Shown here: positions 38,201 to 51,402 of the stretch, piece after piece
Layout: every line of letters starts with the position of its first letter
Position numbering within the stretch: position 1 is the stretch's first letter
Assembly (NCBI GenBank): GCA_028534125.1
Contig: CM052816.1
Location: 95,110,001 to 95,174,000 of the forward strand
Length of the DNA stretch: 64,000 bases
Reading direction: 5' to 3'
Source: Lama glama
Taxonomy: Eukaryota
Translations under genes and position numbers: made by a program
The notes under the pieces: model-generated
Seen by the model: only the letters and a program-made list of their open reading frames with translations
Told to the model about the DNA's origin: nothing
The model's database searches: none

Positions 38201-41200
38201 ACTTATCAAAATATTTTAAACCATGATATATTTATTTGTTAAAGATTTTATCACCAGCTTTCAAGATAGCTCTGATCCCTGCTCTCACATTGAAGTAGTG
38301 ATGAATATAAACTGTATTTCAAGGTATTGGTCAACAGCAGTAACATGATATAAAAGTTACAGGTCCTGCTGATACTGCTATGGCTTGTTGCCTGAATTCA
38401 TAGTGAAAAGAGAAGGAAAATAAAAATACAGGGTTTGTATTTTGTTTTGTTTTCCCCCAGCCTAGTTCAGGGGGAGCTTGATTTTTATTTCTGTGTCCCT
38501 TGAGTTAAAAACCCTTGTCCTCTTGTTGCAGCAAAGTGTGTTACAGCTCAGTGTTACAGCTCAGTTGTGACAGCAACCTGGATCCAGGCGAGAGACCAAG
38601 CAGCACTCGGAGGGCTGGAGAACTCAGGTTTATTACGCCAGCGGGCCCAGAGGGGTTAACATTTCAAGCTCTGGACCCCGTCTGTAGGTTTACACACACT
38701 TTTATAGGCTACCAGTGTAGACTTTAAAACATTTTGCATCATATGCAAATAAGGTATAACAAAGGTGACTAATTAGGAACAAGCTTTGTGTAAATGGACC
38801 AATCAGGAGTGAGAGAAATGGACCAATTATTAGGAGTGAGAAATGGAACGATCAGAAGTTCACTCAGGGAACCAACAGAATCTTAGGGGCAATTCCACTT
38901 TCCTAGAATTAAGCCATTTCAGAATTTAAAAAGCTAAATAATGCCGCTGGGCCAGGGAACCGAATGGTGCTGGCAGGAGGGTAGTGGCCCTGCCTGGGGG
39001 TCCTGCCGTCTTTTCCATGGGGCTTCCCACCTCGCTCTTAGAGTCATATTATATTAAAACATACATGTCTAAATTTGTATATCCATTTTCCTCTAATTTT
39101 CCATCACATCAGACAAGTGTTCAAAGGTCTGGATTTCAGCGTGATTCTCCCGATTCTAAACCCCACATGTACCTTCATTCAATGTGGGAGGGACCCACAG
39201 CTTAGAGTAAGTGACTGGACAGCAAGTCTGCCTTCCTGCCACTTCTAAGTACCTTCTTCATTTTCAGATATAATGAGAACACACACAACTGTTGAGGTTT
39301 CCCCTCGCACGATAAGCATTCCATCCGCTCAGCGCTCAGAGGCCTCTGTGCTGTTCTCTGTTCACTGCGCATTACAGTTCGCATGTCTTCCTGCCTTGGT
39401 CCTCACCCCAGCCGGGCTCCCTGCCCAGCCTCTCCCCCCAGCTCCGTGGCTCCCCAGAGCACACCAGGCCGGCCCGCGGGCAGCAGGACAGCACCCTAGG
39501 GTGTCCGTTCTCCCTCAACCTCTGCAGTGGGGTGGGGTGCAGGGAGCACAGAATTTGGGCCAGAAAACTTGGGTTTCAGCCTCAGCTTTGTGACCTGCTG
39601 CCTGAGTGACTGTGGAGGGAAAATTATAATTCTTAGAGCCTGAGCTTTGCGGGGGGGAAAGGGGTTGAAGTAACAACCCCTCCCAGGAGGAGAAGACACC
39701 AGCTTGGCACAGAGAAGGCCCTCCGTGAACGGCGGCAGCGGCCTTCGCGGGGGTTAAGGGCTTCCTCAGCCGGGACGGCGGGGCTCGCGTGCAGAACGCT
39801 GGCCCACAGCTCCCTCGGCCGCGTCGGGGTCTTCGGCTTCCTAGTCTTTGTAACCCGCCACTGGAGGCCTTACCCAGTCTCACTCCATCCAACCTCCCCT
39901 GCAGACCCCGCTACGCCCCCTCTTCCATGAATCCAGGCCTGAGCCGAGAGCACCTGGTGCCCATTCTGCCCGCACACGTTCGCACGGCCGCTCCTCACGT
40001 CTGGAAGTTTCTCTCAGCTCACCTTGAGGCCCCACATGAGCTCCTTTCTCATAAAGCTTCTTGAATTACTGCAGCCCTGGGGACTTCTCCCATCTGAATT
40101 CTTTCTCCATGTGTGTCTCTATCACTTCTTGGGCTGCCAGACCAGTGCCACAGGCTGGGTGGCTTCACCATTCTGCCGGCTGGAAGTCCAAGGCCAGGGT
40201 GCCGGCAGGGCTGGTTTCTCTTGAGGCCTCTCCTTGCCTGTAGATGGCCGTCTTCTCCCTGTGTCTTCACATGGTCTCCCTCTGTGTATGTCTGTGTCCA
40301 GATTCTCTTATAAAGACACCAGTCATACCAGATTAGGGCCCACCCTAACAACTTCATTTTAATTTAATGACCTCTCTAAGACCCTATCTCCAAACAAGGT
40401 CACATTCGGAGGTGCTGGGGGTTAGAACTTCAACATATGAATTCAGGGGGCCCAATTCAGCCCCTAACAGCCCCTCATTTAGCACATGATCATCACCTGC
40501 CTGGGGTCCTTCCATGGTTGCCTGTGTGCTCTGTTTCCATGGAGATCGCCTCCTCTCCGGGGAGGCATCATCTCTGTCACTCTGCACCCCTGCGGGCACT
40601 CGGAGGGCTGTGTGCGAAGGATGTGAACAGGTGTCTCACCCTAAGTCAGCTGGTCACTGTCTAATCAGGCACATACACTCAGAGGCAGGGCCGCGGGGAA
40701 TGACGACTGAGTGAGGGAGGAGGGAAAGCCCTGTACAAGGTCAGCAGGTTGTAAAGCCAAGAGAGAGAGAGCGCGGAGCTAGCGGAGCTCTCCAGGGTGC
40801 AAACGCCCGAGAGGGCAGTGTCCCCAGAGCACCAGTTGCGATGACTCTGTTAGGCGTGTGGTCAACATCCTGCCTTCCTCAAGCCGCAGTGATCGTGAAC
40901 CCGGTCCCACTGTCTGCAGGGCTGGCTTTTGGCAGAGAACAAGCACAGGCCCGGAGCTGTGGCTTGGGAGGTGCAATGAAGGGGCAAGTGTCGTCCAGCC
41001 CCCACTGGGTGGGAGGCCATCCAGCCAGCCAGCTGCGAGCTGCAAGTTCCTCTTGGCCCTGCTGATGCCTGGTTCTGCCTGCCCCTAACCTTCCCGTGCG
41101 GTGTGTGGAAGGGCAGGGCCCTTTGCTCTCCCCTCGCCCCCAAACCTGGAAGTGTGTACCCCAGAGCAGGATTTGTGGCGTGTTAGACAGTTTCAAATAT

Positions 41201-44200
41201 TTCAAGAGATCAGGTTTTACACTCACTTGTGTTAGGGGCCCAGGCTTGTGAGTTTGGATCCTGGCTCCCCTTCTTACTAGCTGCGTAGCCTTGGGCAGCT
41301 TACTAAACCTCTCTGTGCGTCTGTGTCCCCATCTGTAAAGAAGCTGTGATTGATCGTAGGTCTTACCTGACCAGACCCTTGTGAAGATGACATGAGTTAA
41401 TGCATCTCCAACACCTAGATTAGTTCCTGGCACAGAGTGAGAGAAATATTAGGTCTTATTAGCAGTATGTCCATTGGGACTTTTTACCGCAATCACCTTA
41501 TCGTCAGAGTCCTAGAGCTAAAAGCAATCCTCTCTCTCTGTAAGTGGATCGATCTGGTTGTTCACGGAACAGGATGCTCAGGGACCACCTGCGCCGGTTC
41601 TCGAAGCGGAATGCCGCCCACAGTAAGGGCTGGCAGGAGGCGGGTGCTCAGGGCTGCTCCAGGGGCTGCCGCTCGTCTCCTGGGCCTTAGGGCATCTTTG
41701 CAGCACTGCGCTGCTTGCTGTAAGTGCCGACGCTGAGTGAAGTTCAAACTCCTCCACCCAGAGTTTTAGAGAGAACTGTGGCTTTCTCGTCCCACCTAAT
41801 AGTGAATGTTTGAAAAATGCTTTGTTTGGATCTCACACGTTTTTGAGGGCAATTGTACTATTATCCAAATGACGGCAAAATTCCTATTTCCCAAATGCAT
41901 GTGACTTTGTTATAGTTCCTGGAACAAATGTTCCACCAATGATACTTGGTTCAGCTCTCCTCCCTGACTGAGAATTTCATGATTTCTAGATGTTTCCCAG
42001 CATAAAGATATAGCAAGTTCTTCCAAAGAAAAAAAAGCAGAGCTCAAAGGTATGACTTCATGTGACCATTCAATCTGCATCTGTGCCCTGTCACCTTGCT
42101 CATGAAAGGGTATTTCTACATTGCTTGGAAAGGAAGATAGGAGGAAGCCAGAGTCTTAGACCAAAGGGCATTAAAAAGTGCCCATTGTCCAGCAGGTTTT
42201 GCACAGACAGCGGGTGCTGATGAGGGCGTTTGGCCCTTAGTGGGAGCACTCCTGTTTCACCACGAGTGACGAGGCGCTTGAGCATCTGTGAGCCAGATAC
42301 ACTGCCTTGCTTGCAGTCAGCAGTGGGGCGGCCAGACTTGTGCATCCAGTGACCCCAGCAGCTGGTGGCTGGAGGCGACTGGCGGTGGTGGAGATAAGTT
42401 CCTATTCTAGCCTTCAAGGTACAACACTTTACAAATGGTAAGCTTTTGAACACTGTTGAAACTGCCTTTAATCGGCATCCCAGAGTGTGTCGGTACTGAT
42501 GGGAGTTCGACCCCAAAGGGTTCCATCTTCAGATGCATTCAGGAAATATCGTTAAATGAAGTTAATCAGGTTTCCTTATGACATCTCAGGGCCGTAATGC
42601 ACGACTAGGCATTTAAATCTCCGAGTGGCAGAGAGAGACAGCAGTGTTTCCAAATGTTAGTTGACCAGGCTTACTCAAATCACGTTACAAGACTAGAGCT
42701 GACGGAACGTATTTGGGGCCACAGTCCTGAGGGCTGTGCCGGTGGCAGGGGTAAGGAGGACAGTTGGCCAGAGAATTTGAGGACCGAGGTTCGTGTCTAG
42801 CTCCACTTCCTCTCAGCTCGGGGACCACAGGCGACACGGCCCCCTGTGTCACTGCGCTGTGTGACACACCGCCGTGAGGTGGCTGGAACGTGGCGAGCCA
42901 GCTCTGAGACCAGCGGAAGCCTGCAGGTGTGAGTCAGGGTTACCAGCGCGAGTTCTCTGGGCCCGGAAGAGGCTGAGGCGGGCTGCCAACTTGGGAGGAA
43001 TTCCCTGGCTGCGTTTGTTTTATTCTGCCTCTGCAGAGGCTTGGTTTCAATGGTGAGTCAGATTTTCGTCTCTATTGATAAATGCATCGAGCTGACCGCA
43101 GGTCCTCTGGTCACCCCAGACCAACACTTCTGATTCTTGTCACCCCTTTACAGCTACATGGTCTATTCCTAATAGCTTCACAGCTGTTTGTTGATTCCAA
43201 ATCCATTTCTCCTTCCTGGTGGTGGAGGGAGCGGCAGCCAGAGCCTTGCAGGAGGCAGTAAGTGGAAAGTGCCCCAGTGTCCCCAGAGTGAGCAAAATGC
43301 CCAGTCCGGAGGGCCTGGAAAGCTGCAACGGTTTTCATATTTTCACACTAAAATTCATACGGCGGCAGAAGCTGAACTGATGTGCGGCGATTTATAGTCC
43401 ATACTCATCCTCCCTCGTGTAACCAGCATACGCTTTGCTGTAGAAAATATTACTGGGTTGACTACGTGGGAGCTGCCCCGGACCCTTCGGGAGTATTCAT
43501 TACATGTGATTTATGTGCTGTGGTGCCTTTATAATATTTGCAAAGAAAAAGAAAAATGTCTGAATTCTGAAACCTGTCTGGCCCCCAGGGTTTGGGGTGT
43601 GAGATCAGGGGCCATAATGGAAACTCTGAGGCACAAAGGCACGTGTGAAGGTGACTGTCACCCACGCTGGCCCAGGGAGTTGAGGAGCAGTCTGCCCTGT
43701 TATGGGTTCATCTGAGAGGTTGCCCCACCCTTGTGAATGTCACTGCCACAGGCGAAAAGCCTCATCTGTGCTTCGGAGGCCCTCCCTCTCTCCTTCCTCC
43801 CTGCTTCCCTCTTAAAGCCGCAGGCCACCAGGGCCTGGCTCCGGGCTGGGTGGTGATGTGCTGGGAGGCACATCACATCGCAGGGCCCTGCTCTCTGCTC
43901 CCCCAGGCTCCTCGGGAGGCCAGCCCAGGAGAAGGCTCCCTGAGCCTCCCACACCCCGGCTTCCAGGTAGAGCAGCAGTCGGCACGCATCCCAGGTGCTA
44001 GCCACCGCCAGGCTTTTACGAGTCTTGGAAACCTGCTTGCACCAGTCCACTTTGAGTTATCAAATTAACCCTCCCTATTTATAGCGACCTCTTAATAGTT
44101 TAATGATTCACTCATCCCTTATGGGTCCTTTAGTGTATTTCTTTTAATTGTTAGAGAAAAGAGGCCTTTTAGAGCTCACTTCACTGGGTTACTCCCTCGG

Positions 44201-47200
44201 CGATGCTTCCAGAACTCTAAACTAAAATCACACACAACTGTTCCTAAGGTCAGAGTGTCTGACATGCATCAAACTGAGCAGCCTGTCTGGAGGCCGGAGC
44301 TTACCTCCCTGCCCGCGTCCAGGGCTGCCACCTGCGGAGACCAGCCAGCTGGCCAGTCTCGTCTCTGAGCCCCAGGGCTCGGGACACTGGTGTTTAGCAT
44401 CCTACACGTGGGTTACCTGGATGATGAGACAGTCTGGGGACCTACGCATCACTGATGTCACTTCTAAGGGGAAAGAGATCCTCCATCCAAACAAGTGACC
44501 GCCTGCTTCTGGGGCTCTCTCTTCTGGGAGGGGTGGGCTGCCGCCCGCAGGGGAGCCGTTCCTCACAGACCCCCTACCTCTCCCATGCTCTTGTGTGAGA
44601 AGTGGGAGTCAGCACAAGTAGCCAGATTCCTAACGCTCACTCGTAGTTCCCCAAAGCCGGTGATCAGGTGTGACCGCAGTCAAGGAGAAGTTTCGAAAGG
44701 GAGACCTGGGCCCTTCAGGCATCTGAGAATCCAGCTGCAGAAGCAAAATGTGCTAAAACAACAAAAACAACAACAACAAAACCAAAAACCAAACACTGCC
44801 CGTGCTGAGGGCTGGAACAGCAGCTGCACGTTTTTATCTTCCCCAAGCTCCAGAGAAAATGCCTTGGACCTCATGGTCCCTCTTCTATTAAATGAAGTCA
44901 TATTTTATTTTAAAAGACTGGTTTCCTTATAAGGTTGGCTGCCTTTGAGCCCAAGCCTCAGTCTGGTCACCTGTAATTTCTTTGAACCATCCCTGATTTT
45001 TAGGGAAATATGGCAAAAGTCATGCAAAGAAACCCAGCCCTCGTTGGCATCTGCAAGGAATTGCCATTTGGAGTTGGGTTTTTTTCCCTGTTAATTCAGA
45101 CTCTCAAAAACAGTCTGAGTAAGTCAGCGCCTTTGCCTCTCTTCCTTCTGTCCCCACCTAACTCTTCTTACCATTTAAGACTCAACTCATGGTTCCGTCC
45201 CTACTCTCAGTTTGACTTGAGATGATGTGAAGACACACCTCTTAGCCTGAGCTGTCTCTTAATTGGGAGAGAGACCATGTACTGGTCTTCAAGATCATCC
45301 TGGCAAAAAACTGGAGGAAGAGTCCGTGTGCTCGGGAACTCCAGGTTGTCCTCCCAGCACCCGCAGATCTGGCCGAGCCAGACTGATAGGTGACAAAAAG
45401 AAGTCCACGTCTTGAGCGGCTCCTTTGCATACCTTTGGGGCTCTGGTGCAAGAGGAGTTTGGTGCATTCCTAAGACATCGGTGTCCCAAACAGCCCCACT
45501 GAGTACCCAGGTTGATTCACTCCCTGCCGCTGCTACAGACCGTGCCTGAGACACTCATCTGGTGCTGACAGCATGCACTGAGCCTCTGTGTGCACCAGGC
45601 ACTATGTCAGGTTCTGAGAACACAACAAGTTCCCCTTGTCCTTGAAGGGGAGTTAGGCAATGCAAGAGCCTACATTGCATTGTGGTAAGTGGGAAGTTCT
45701 TACGGGAATGCAGCTGGGAAAGGGTCAGTTCTGGTGGGAGGGACAGGGAAAGCCATGGAAAGATAACATGTGAGCCGCCTTTAAAGCTGGCTTAGTTTAA
45801 GGTCATACAGGCAGAAGGAATACCAGCGTTTCTAACACGCATGATGGAACTCCTGAGAGCCCCAGAAATGGTGAGGGTCTTTCTAGAATTCTGTGTCTCG
45901 GCTTGGAGCGGCTGTGCAGTGTGTGTAGATTGGTGTGGTTCTGAGAGTGAAAGGAGGTGCTGTGGTAATTACACTGCGACCTTGGTCTAAACCCCGACTG
46001 TCTCAGAGAGTCAGGGACACGTGACCATCTCCGGGACAACTGGGGCCGATTCCGTCTTCCCTCTACTGGTCAGGGAGGAGGCAGGAGGGGCTTGGCTGCT
46101 TTTTTATTTTTCACTTCTGGAAGAAGATAGGAAGACAAATACAATGCCATCTGCCTCTGCGATCGTTTTTGAAGACTGCAGTGCAGAAAATGTACTGATG
46201 GCACTGAGCATTGTGTTAGGACTCTACTGCTACTGAGCCAGAAAGACGCTGCATTTTGCTTTACATTCAGATCAGCACCTTTCTGAGGCAAATGCCAAGA
46301 GACAGCAACAAATAGCATCTTGAGCTTAAGAAGAACTCCTCTTTGACTGGGGGTCTCTGTAGGGGATGGAAATTATGTTTAAAACCATGTTTCAAGGCGG
46401 GGGAGGGTGGTGGGAGGGTCTAGCTCAGTGGTAGAGCACGTGCTTAGCCTGCACAAGGTCCTGGGTTCAACTCCCAGTACCTCCATTAAAAATAAGTAAA
46501 TAATTAAATCTAATTACTTCCCCTACCCCCCAATTTTTTTTAAGCTCATGTTTCAGGTTAGTACTCCCATCCCATCTTCACCTGCTTCTGTGAAAGCAGC
46601 AGCCCAGATGCAAATGACTTTTATCTGGGTCCTCGACCACGTGTTTTACGTGGACTCCTGCCCTCCGTTTCCTTGGGAAGGCCCCGAGTGCATCTTGACC
46701 ATTCCCCCCACACCCGCTGCCCAGCCAACTCCGTGCCCCACCCTTTCCAGGTTGCCTCCTGGATGTCACCAGTCCTTAGGGTCCTTCCCTCTGGTTGCCA
46801 AGGTGACAGCTCCATCATTGGACGCATTAACCGAGGTTGTGGGACAATGCAAACTCTCTACACCAGAGTCCATGTGGCCCAGATTTCCTGGAATAGTTCT
46901 GATTTCAAATATTCTCTCCCATTGTCCACACGAGAACTTCCACCTATCAGGCCACGTGTTCTAGTTTGGGATAACAAAATGCAGATCGACAGGGTTCACT
47001 TACCCGAAACAAGGCTGTGGGTCCACCTGCACGTAGGGCAAGTCTGTCTTGGACCCCAGCCCCCACTGCGGAGCCCAGCACCCAGTGCAGTCAGGCTGCG
47101 CTGGTGGCCCTGGGTCTCCATCACCCGGCCCGTGGCTGCACCAGTGGTTGCTCTGTGTTTATTCAGTGCCCGGGCACAGGCACTAGTGGCGGTGAACAGA

Positions 47201-50200
47201 TCCACACACACGGTCCCACCGTGCTTTGAGCATCCGTGCCGCCCTGGGTCCCAACAGTGCCACGTCAAGCTCCCCAACCAGAAGCTGCTCTTCAGCTGAA
47301 AGTTGCTCCTCTCCCGACCCTAATGAGAATCCCAGCGGATGTTAAAAAGAAAAAGTGAAAAAGGCTCCCCAGATGCTCCTTTCCCACAGCCGTAGTTTGC
47401 ATCCCAAATCCTTTACCTCGAGTGCGGGAGTTTTTCTGCTCCTCTGAAATGTGGCCATGCTGTTCTTACACTTTCCATCACTCCCTCGGAACAGGTGAGC
47501 CTTCAGTGTGGATTTATTTGCCCCACGACGGTGGAAGGCAGGCTCTGGTGGGTTTGTGTGTTCATGCATGCCACCCCAATGTGAGGCCTATAAAACATGC
47601 ATTCTCCTTTCATTTCTTAAACATGAAGTTTAAATCCTAATATCTCTAGACACATGTCATGTCCAGCCTGCTGGGAGGTCAGCCCAGGATGTCTCATCCT
47701 GGCCGCCCTCTTTGTGGCTGTGGCTATGGGACCGTCTCTCCAGGTGCGACTCGGCTTGGCCAGAAATTCCAGGTTACGGCTTGTCCAGTTCTTTCCCCAG
47801 AGCCCTGGCCCGGTCCATGTTGTGGTCCCCAAGTGTTGCCTCTGGTTACAGATGACAGCCGTCCTCCAGACACAAGGATGTGCTTCTCTGTTCTAATTTC
47901 TATAAGTATAATAACCACCATCCATTCCTTCCTCCCCACTTACGGGAATAAATCTGCTTCAATTTACACATTAACCCAACAACAGCCTCTCCTTGAGCCC
48001 CACTCCGTATGCAGCTTGCCTAATGCGTGGCGCTCACCTGAACTTCCCCAAAATCCTGTGAACTCCAGAGGAAGGAATCAGCTCCTCATCCCAATGAGGA
48101 AGCTGAGGCTCAGTGCCCCCGGCCTCCTGACCGTCGGTGAGAATGCGTGTTTTCCATCCGCCAGCCACTTTCTCTTCCAGCCCCAGGCGGCTGCCTCGCC
48201 ACTGTCATCCACATCACTTGTTAATAAACTGGGCGTGCTGAGTACTTCGTTGGTGGCAAAAGTAGATTATCTGGCTGCCCCCATGGAAAGCAAGGTGCCC
48301 CAAGGAAGGAGACACCCAAAGGGAAGGGAAGGTGGTGGTGAGAGCTTTGACTCGGGGTCCGGGGCGGCATGCCTGCTCCTGCTTTTCTGCTCTTAATCTG
48401 AAATCTTTATTTGCCAAGTTCAGAGAGATTCTCTGGCTCCCCAGCACACGCTCAGGAGCAGCCCTGGGAGGACTCACATCCCCATTGGAGGATCAGCTTG
48501 TCCATAAGGATGTGCTCGGTTTTCTTGTGGTTATCACAGAGACTGGCCACCTTGAACTAAGGAAGATCCTTTTCCAGAAAAATGTGAGCTGTTTTCCAGC
48601 TGGTAGACCTCACAGGTGTGCCCCGTCAGCCTCCTGATGAAACTCAAGGGGCTGCCTGGGACGGGCTCTCTGATGGCATTTGTCTCCACCTGGCCCTGAA
48701 CCAGAGCCCTGTCCAATGGGTGCTGGTGGCCTGGAGGAAGGGGGTGATGGTGATGAGAAGCAGGGACAAGTTCCCTCCAGCTCCTGCACAAGCAGGAAAC
48801 AGGAGGCGCCCCACACATTAACGTAAACACTTCCTCACTTGGGGGCGTGTTTGGTACTTAGAGTGTATATTTATTTACATATATTTCTGTTGAGTGAACA
48901 AATAAATGAAACTGATGAGTCAACAAATAAACCTCAGGACCCTGAATGGTGATTTACCCAGACAGTGACCGGGTCAGAGGAGAGGGTCAGAGCTTTAATC
49001 GGCACTCAGGGTGCACCTCCCAAACCGCAGTGACTTTGACAGTCTGTCCTGCTGTGCTCCGTGCTATGAGAATATTCTGAAGCATCGGCTCTAAACATGG
49101 GGGTGAGGGTGGGAGCCGGTGGACTGAATGGAAGTCACCCTAACTCACTAGTTGGTTTTCTTAAAAGGAAGCAGAATTAGAGGTGGGTTTGGTTTTCTGT
49201 GTACTTGACTTTGCTCCTCTTCTGCTGTTAATTCTGGAAGAGGCACGAGGGCGTGGTGTGACATGAGGAGGGTCCGCAGAGCCAGCGCTTTAATCAGGCA
49301 GCAGCTGAGTGTGCAAATCCGGAGGCCGCTGAGGACGGCAGCTTGTCGCTTATCGTGTGCGCCCGCTGCCTGGGGAGCGAGTGACGGCCGCTATCAGCTC
49401 CCCAGATCCCTCCCTGCCGTGAGTTTGGAGGGTGGATTAAGGATGCAATTAGTGGTGAATCCAGCCACAGAGAAATCCAAAAGCTCTTGTCTATCACTCC
49501 ATGTACTTGACTTTAACCTGAGCTGTGTTTAGTCCTTCCAGGCCATGTCTTGACTTTTGCAAGAAGCAAAGCTCCCACGGCCGAGAGAGACCAGGCTGAT
49601 GGTCTCCTGAGAGCAAGCTAATCTGGTCTCTCCTCTTTCATTGCTAGATCCTCGCAGAACCATCCTAATGAGAGTTGGTCCCATGTAAGGTCAGCCCCCT
49701 GTACTTCCTACGATGGGAGTAGACCCAGAATAGACGAGTGTTTTGGTGACTATATTTGATTTAATATCAGCATGCACTTCTTTCTAATGGCAATTCCATT
49801 AGTAGTTGTCTTCTCAGGTTTTTCCTACCTACATGGTCATTTTCCTGTTTAAGCCGTAACAACTGTCGTCTAGAAAATACATACTTTGTACTTTGAACCA
49901 TGAATACCCTCCTCCCTCAAATTATACCATTATGAAACATGACCTGGACCCTGGAGACAGCCAACTAGATCTAATTTCAAGCTATGGACAATCAACACTC
50001 TGATTCTTAGCACCTGTCTCATCAGTATTAACTATTCACTGGCACTTCCCTATGCTGAAATTCAAAAGAATGACACTGAAACGAATGTGTTCAGAATCAA
50101 AGATGGGATTGTTTTTCAGTGTAAACGCCCCTTCCTGAAGTGAAGCAACATTTAGAATGTGGACTACATGCATGATAGTTACACGGAGCGTCTGATGGTT

Positions 50201-51341
50201 ACACAGCGTGTTCCCAGGCTAGGCGGAGAACATTTCCCTGTCGCATGTCAGGAGCTGAGCTGACCGTGAACTGGCACTTCCTCGGAGTACCTGGGAGCCT
50301 TTCAAATATCGCCAAATACTGCCTGAGTTAGCATCCACAGAAGCAGCCCACCTACAGCCAGCGTATTCCGACGGCGTACCTTTGGAGCCAACCAACAGGC
50401 AGGTCCCCCTCTCAATGTCTCCTACATTGCCACATGGTGAAACACACAGATTTTTTTTTTTTAATTTTAGAACTTAGCCTTTGCTTGTAATAATGATAAC
50501 CTGTATCTTTTACGGAGTCCAAATGCATTCTGCTTGCCGAATGACAGGCCAATAAATCAGAAGGCGAGGTGCTGGGACAAGGAAGAGCGACTTTATTCAA
50601 AAAGTGGGCAAACGAAGAAGAGGGTGGACTCATGTCCTGGAGAACCATCTCCCCCCCCCCCAGTTAGAATTCAGGCTTCTTTTATATTTGGGGGGGGAGC
50701 TTGTTGCAGACTTCTCGGTGTTAGGATGCTTTGTTCTTGCAGCCGTCCGCGTGGGTCAGGTCATGGTGTCCCTGCAAACCTCCAACAAAACAAATGTTAT
50801 TTTCTTTACATGAATGCAAAAGGGTTAATACCCTTAAAGGTCAGAGCCTTGAGAATGGGCCCTCCTGTCTATGTCAGGCTCTAGGCAGCACTCTTTTACA
50901 AAAGGTGCAGAACCAGCACGACTCAGCCTAGAAAACATAGCACAGGATTAAAGCCAAAAGAACAGATCTAATGTGGAGTCAGACTCGTCCTTTTCTATCA
51001 CATGTTCTTCCTGGGACAACATGCCTTCCTGGGAAGGTGTGTCTTCCCTGGGACACTGAGCAACACAAAGGGTTTTCCTTGCCCCCATACCGTTTCAATA
51101 GCACAGGATGCTGGGAATGATGTGGGGAGGGCAGGCCAGGGTTCAGAATCTTTGGTGCAGGGAGATTTTCTCTCTGTGATGCCCTCAAATCCTTCCCACA
51201 GTGCAGCCTGGTGCTTAGAACAAGGAGAAAAAACTTAAGGTGGGTCCTTTGGCATTCTCAGAGAAGTTCTAAGAAGCCCTAAAATTCTCTAGTGAAAGAA
51301 AGGAAGGAAGGAAGGAAGGAAGGAAGGAAGGAAGGAAGGAA

Positions 51342-51402
<61 letters not shown>

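Noticed and set aside
46412..46485. tRNA-Ala(AGC) gene (similar sequence at 9965-10038)
   Set aside because: Mispaired acceptor stem, SINE-type AT-rich tail and flanking TSD show a tRNA-derived SINE.
47659..48396. 245-aa ORF (and 208-aa ORF at 46673-47299) in intron 2
   Set aside because: No recognisable homology or domain, includes a MIR core (gaggaagctgaggctcag), and has no supporting promoter or splice structure. Probably chance ORFs in GC-rich DNA.
50551..50556. Sense-strand AATAAA in the antisense LTR as a premature poly(A) site
   Set aside because: No GU/U-rich downstream element (purine-rich instead) and no upstream terminal-exon acceptor identified; AATAAA is common in introns.
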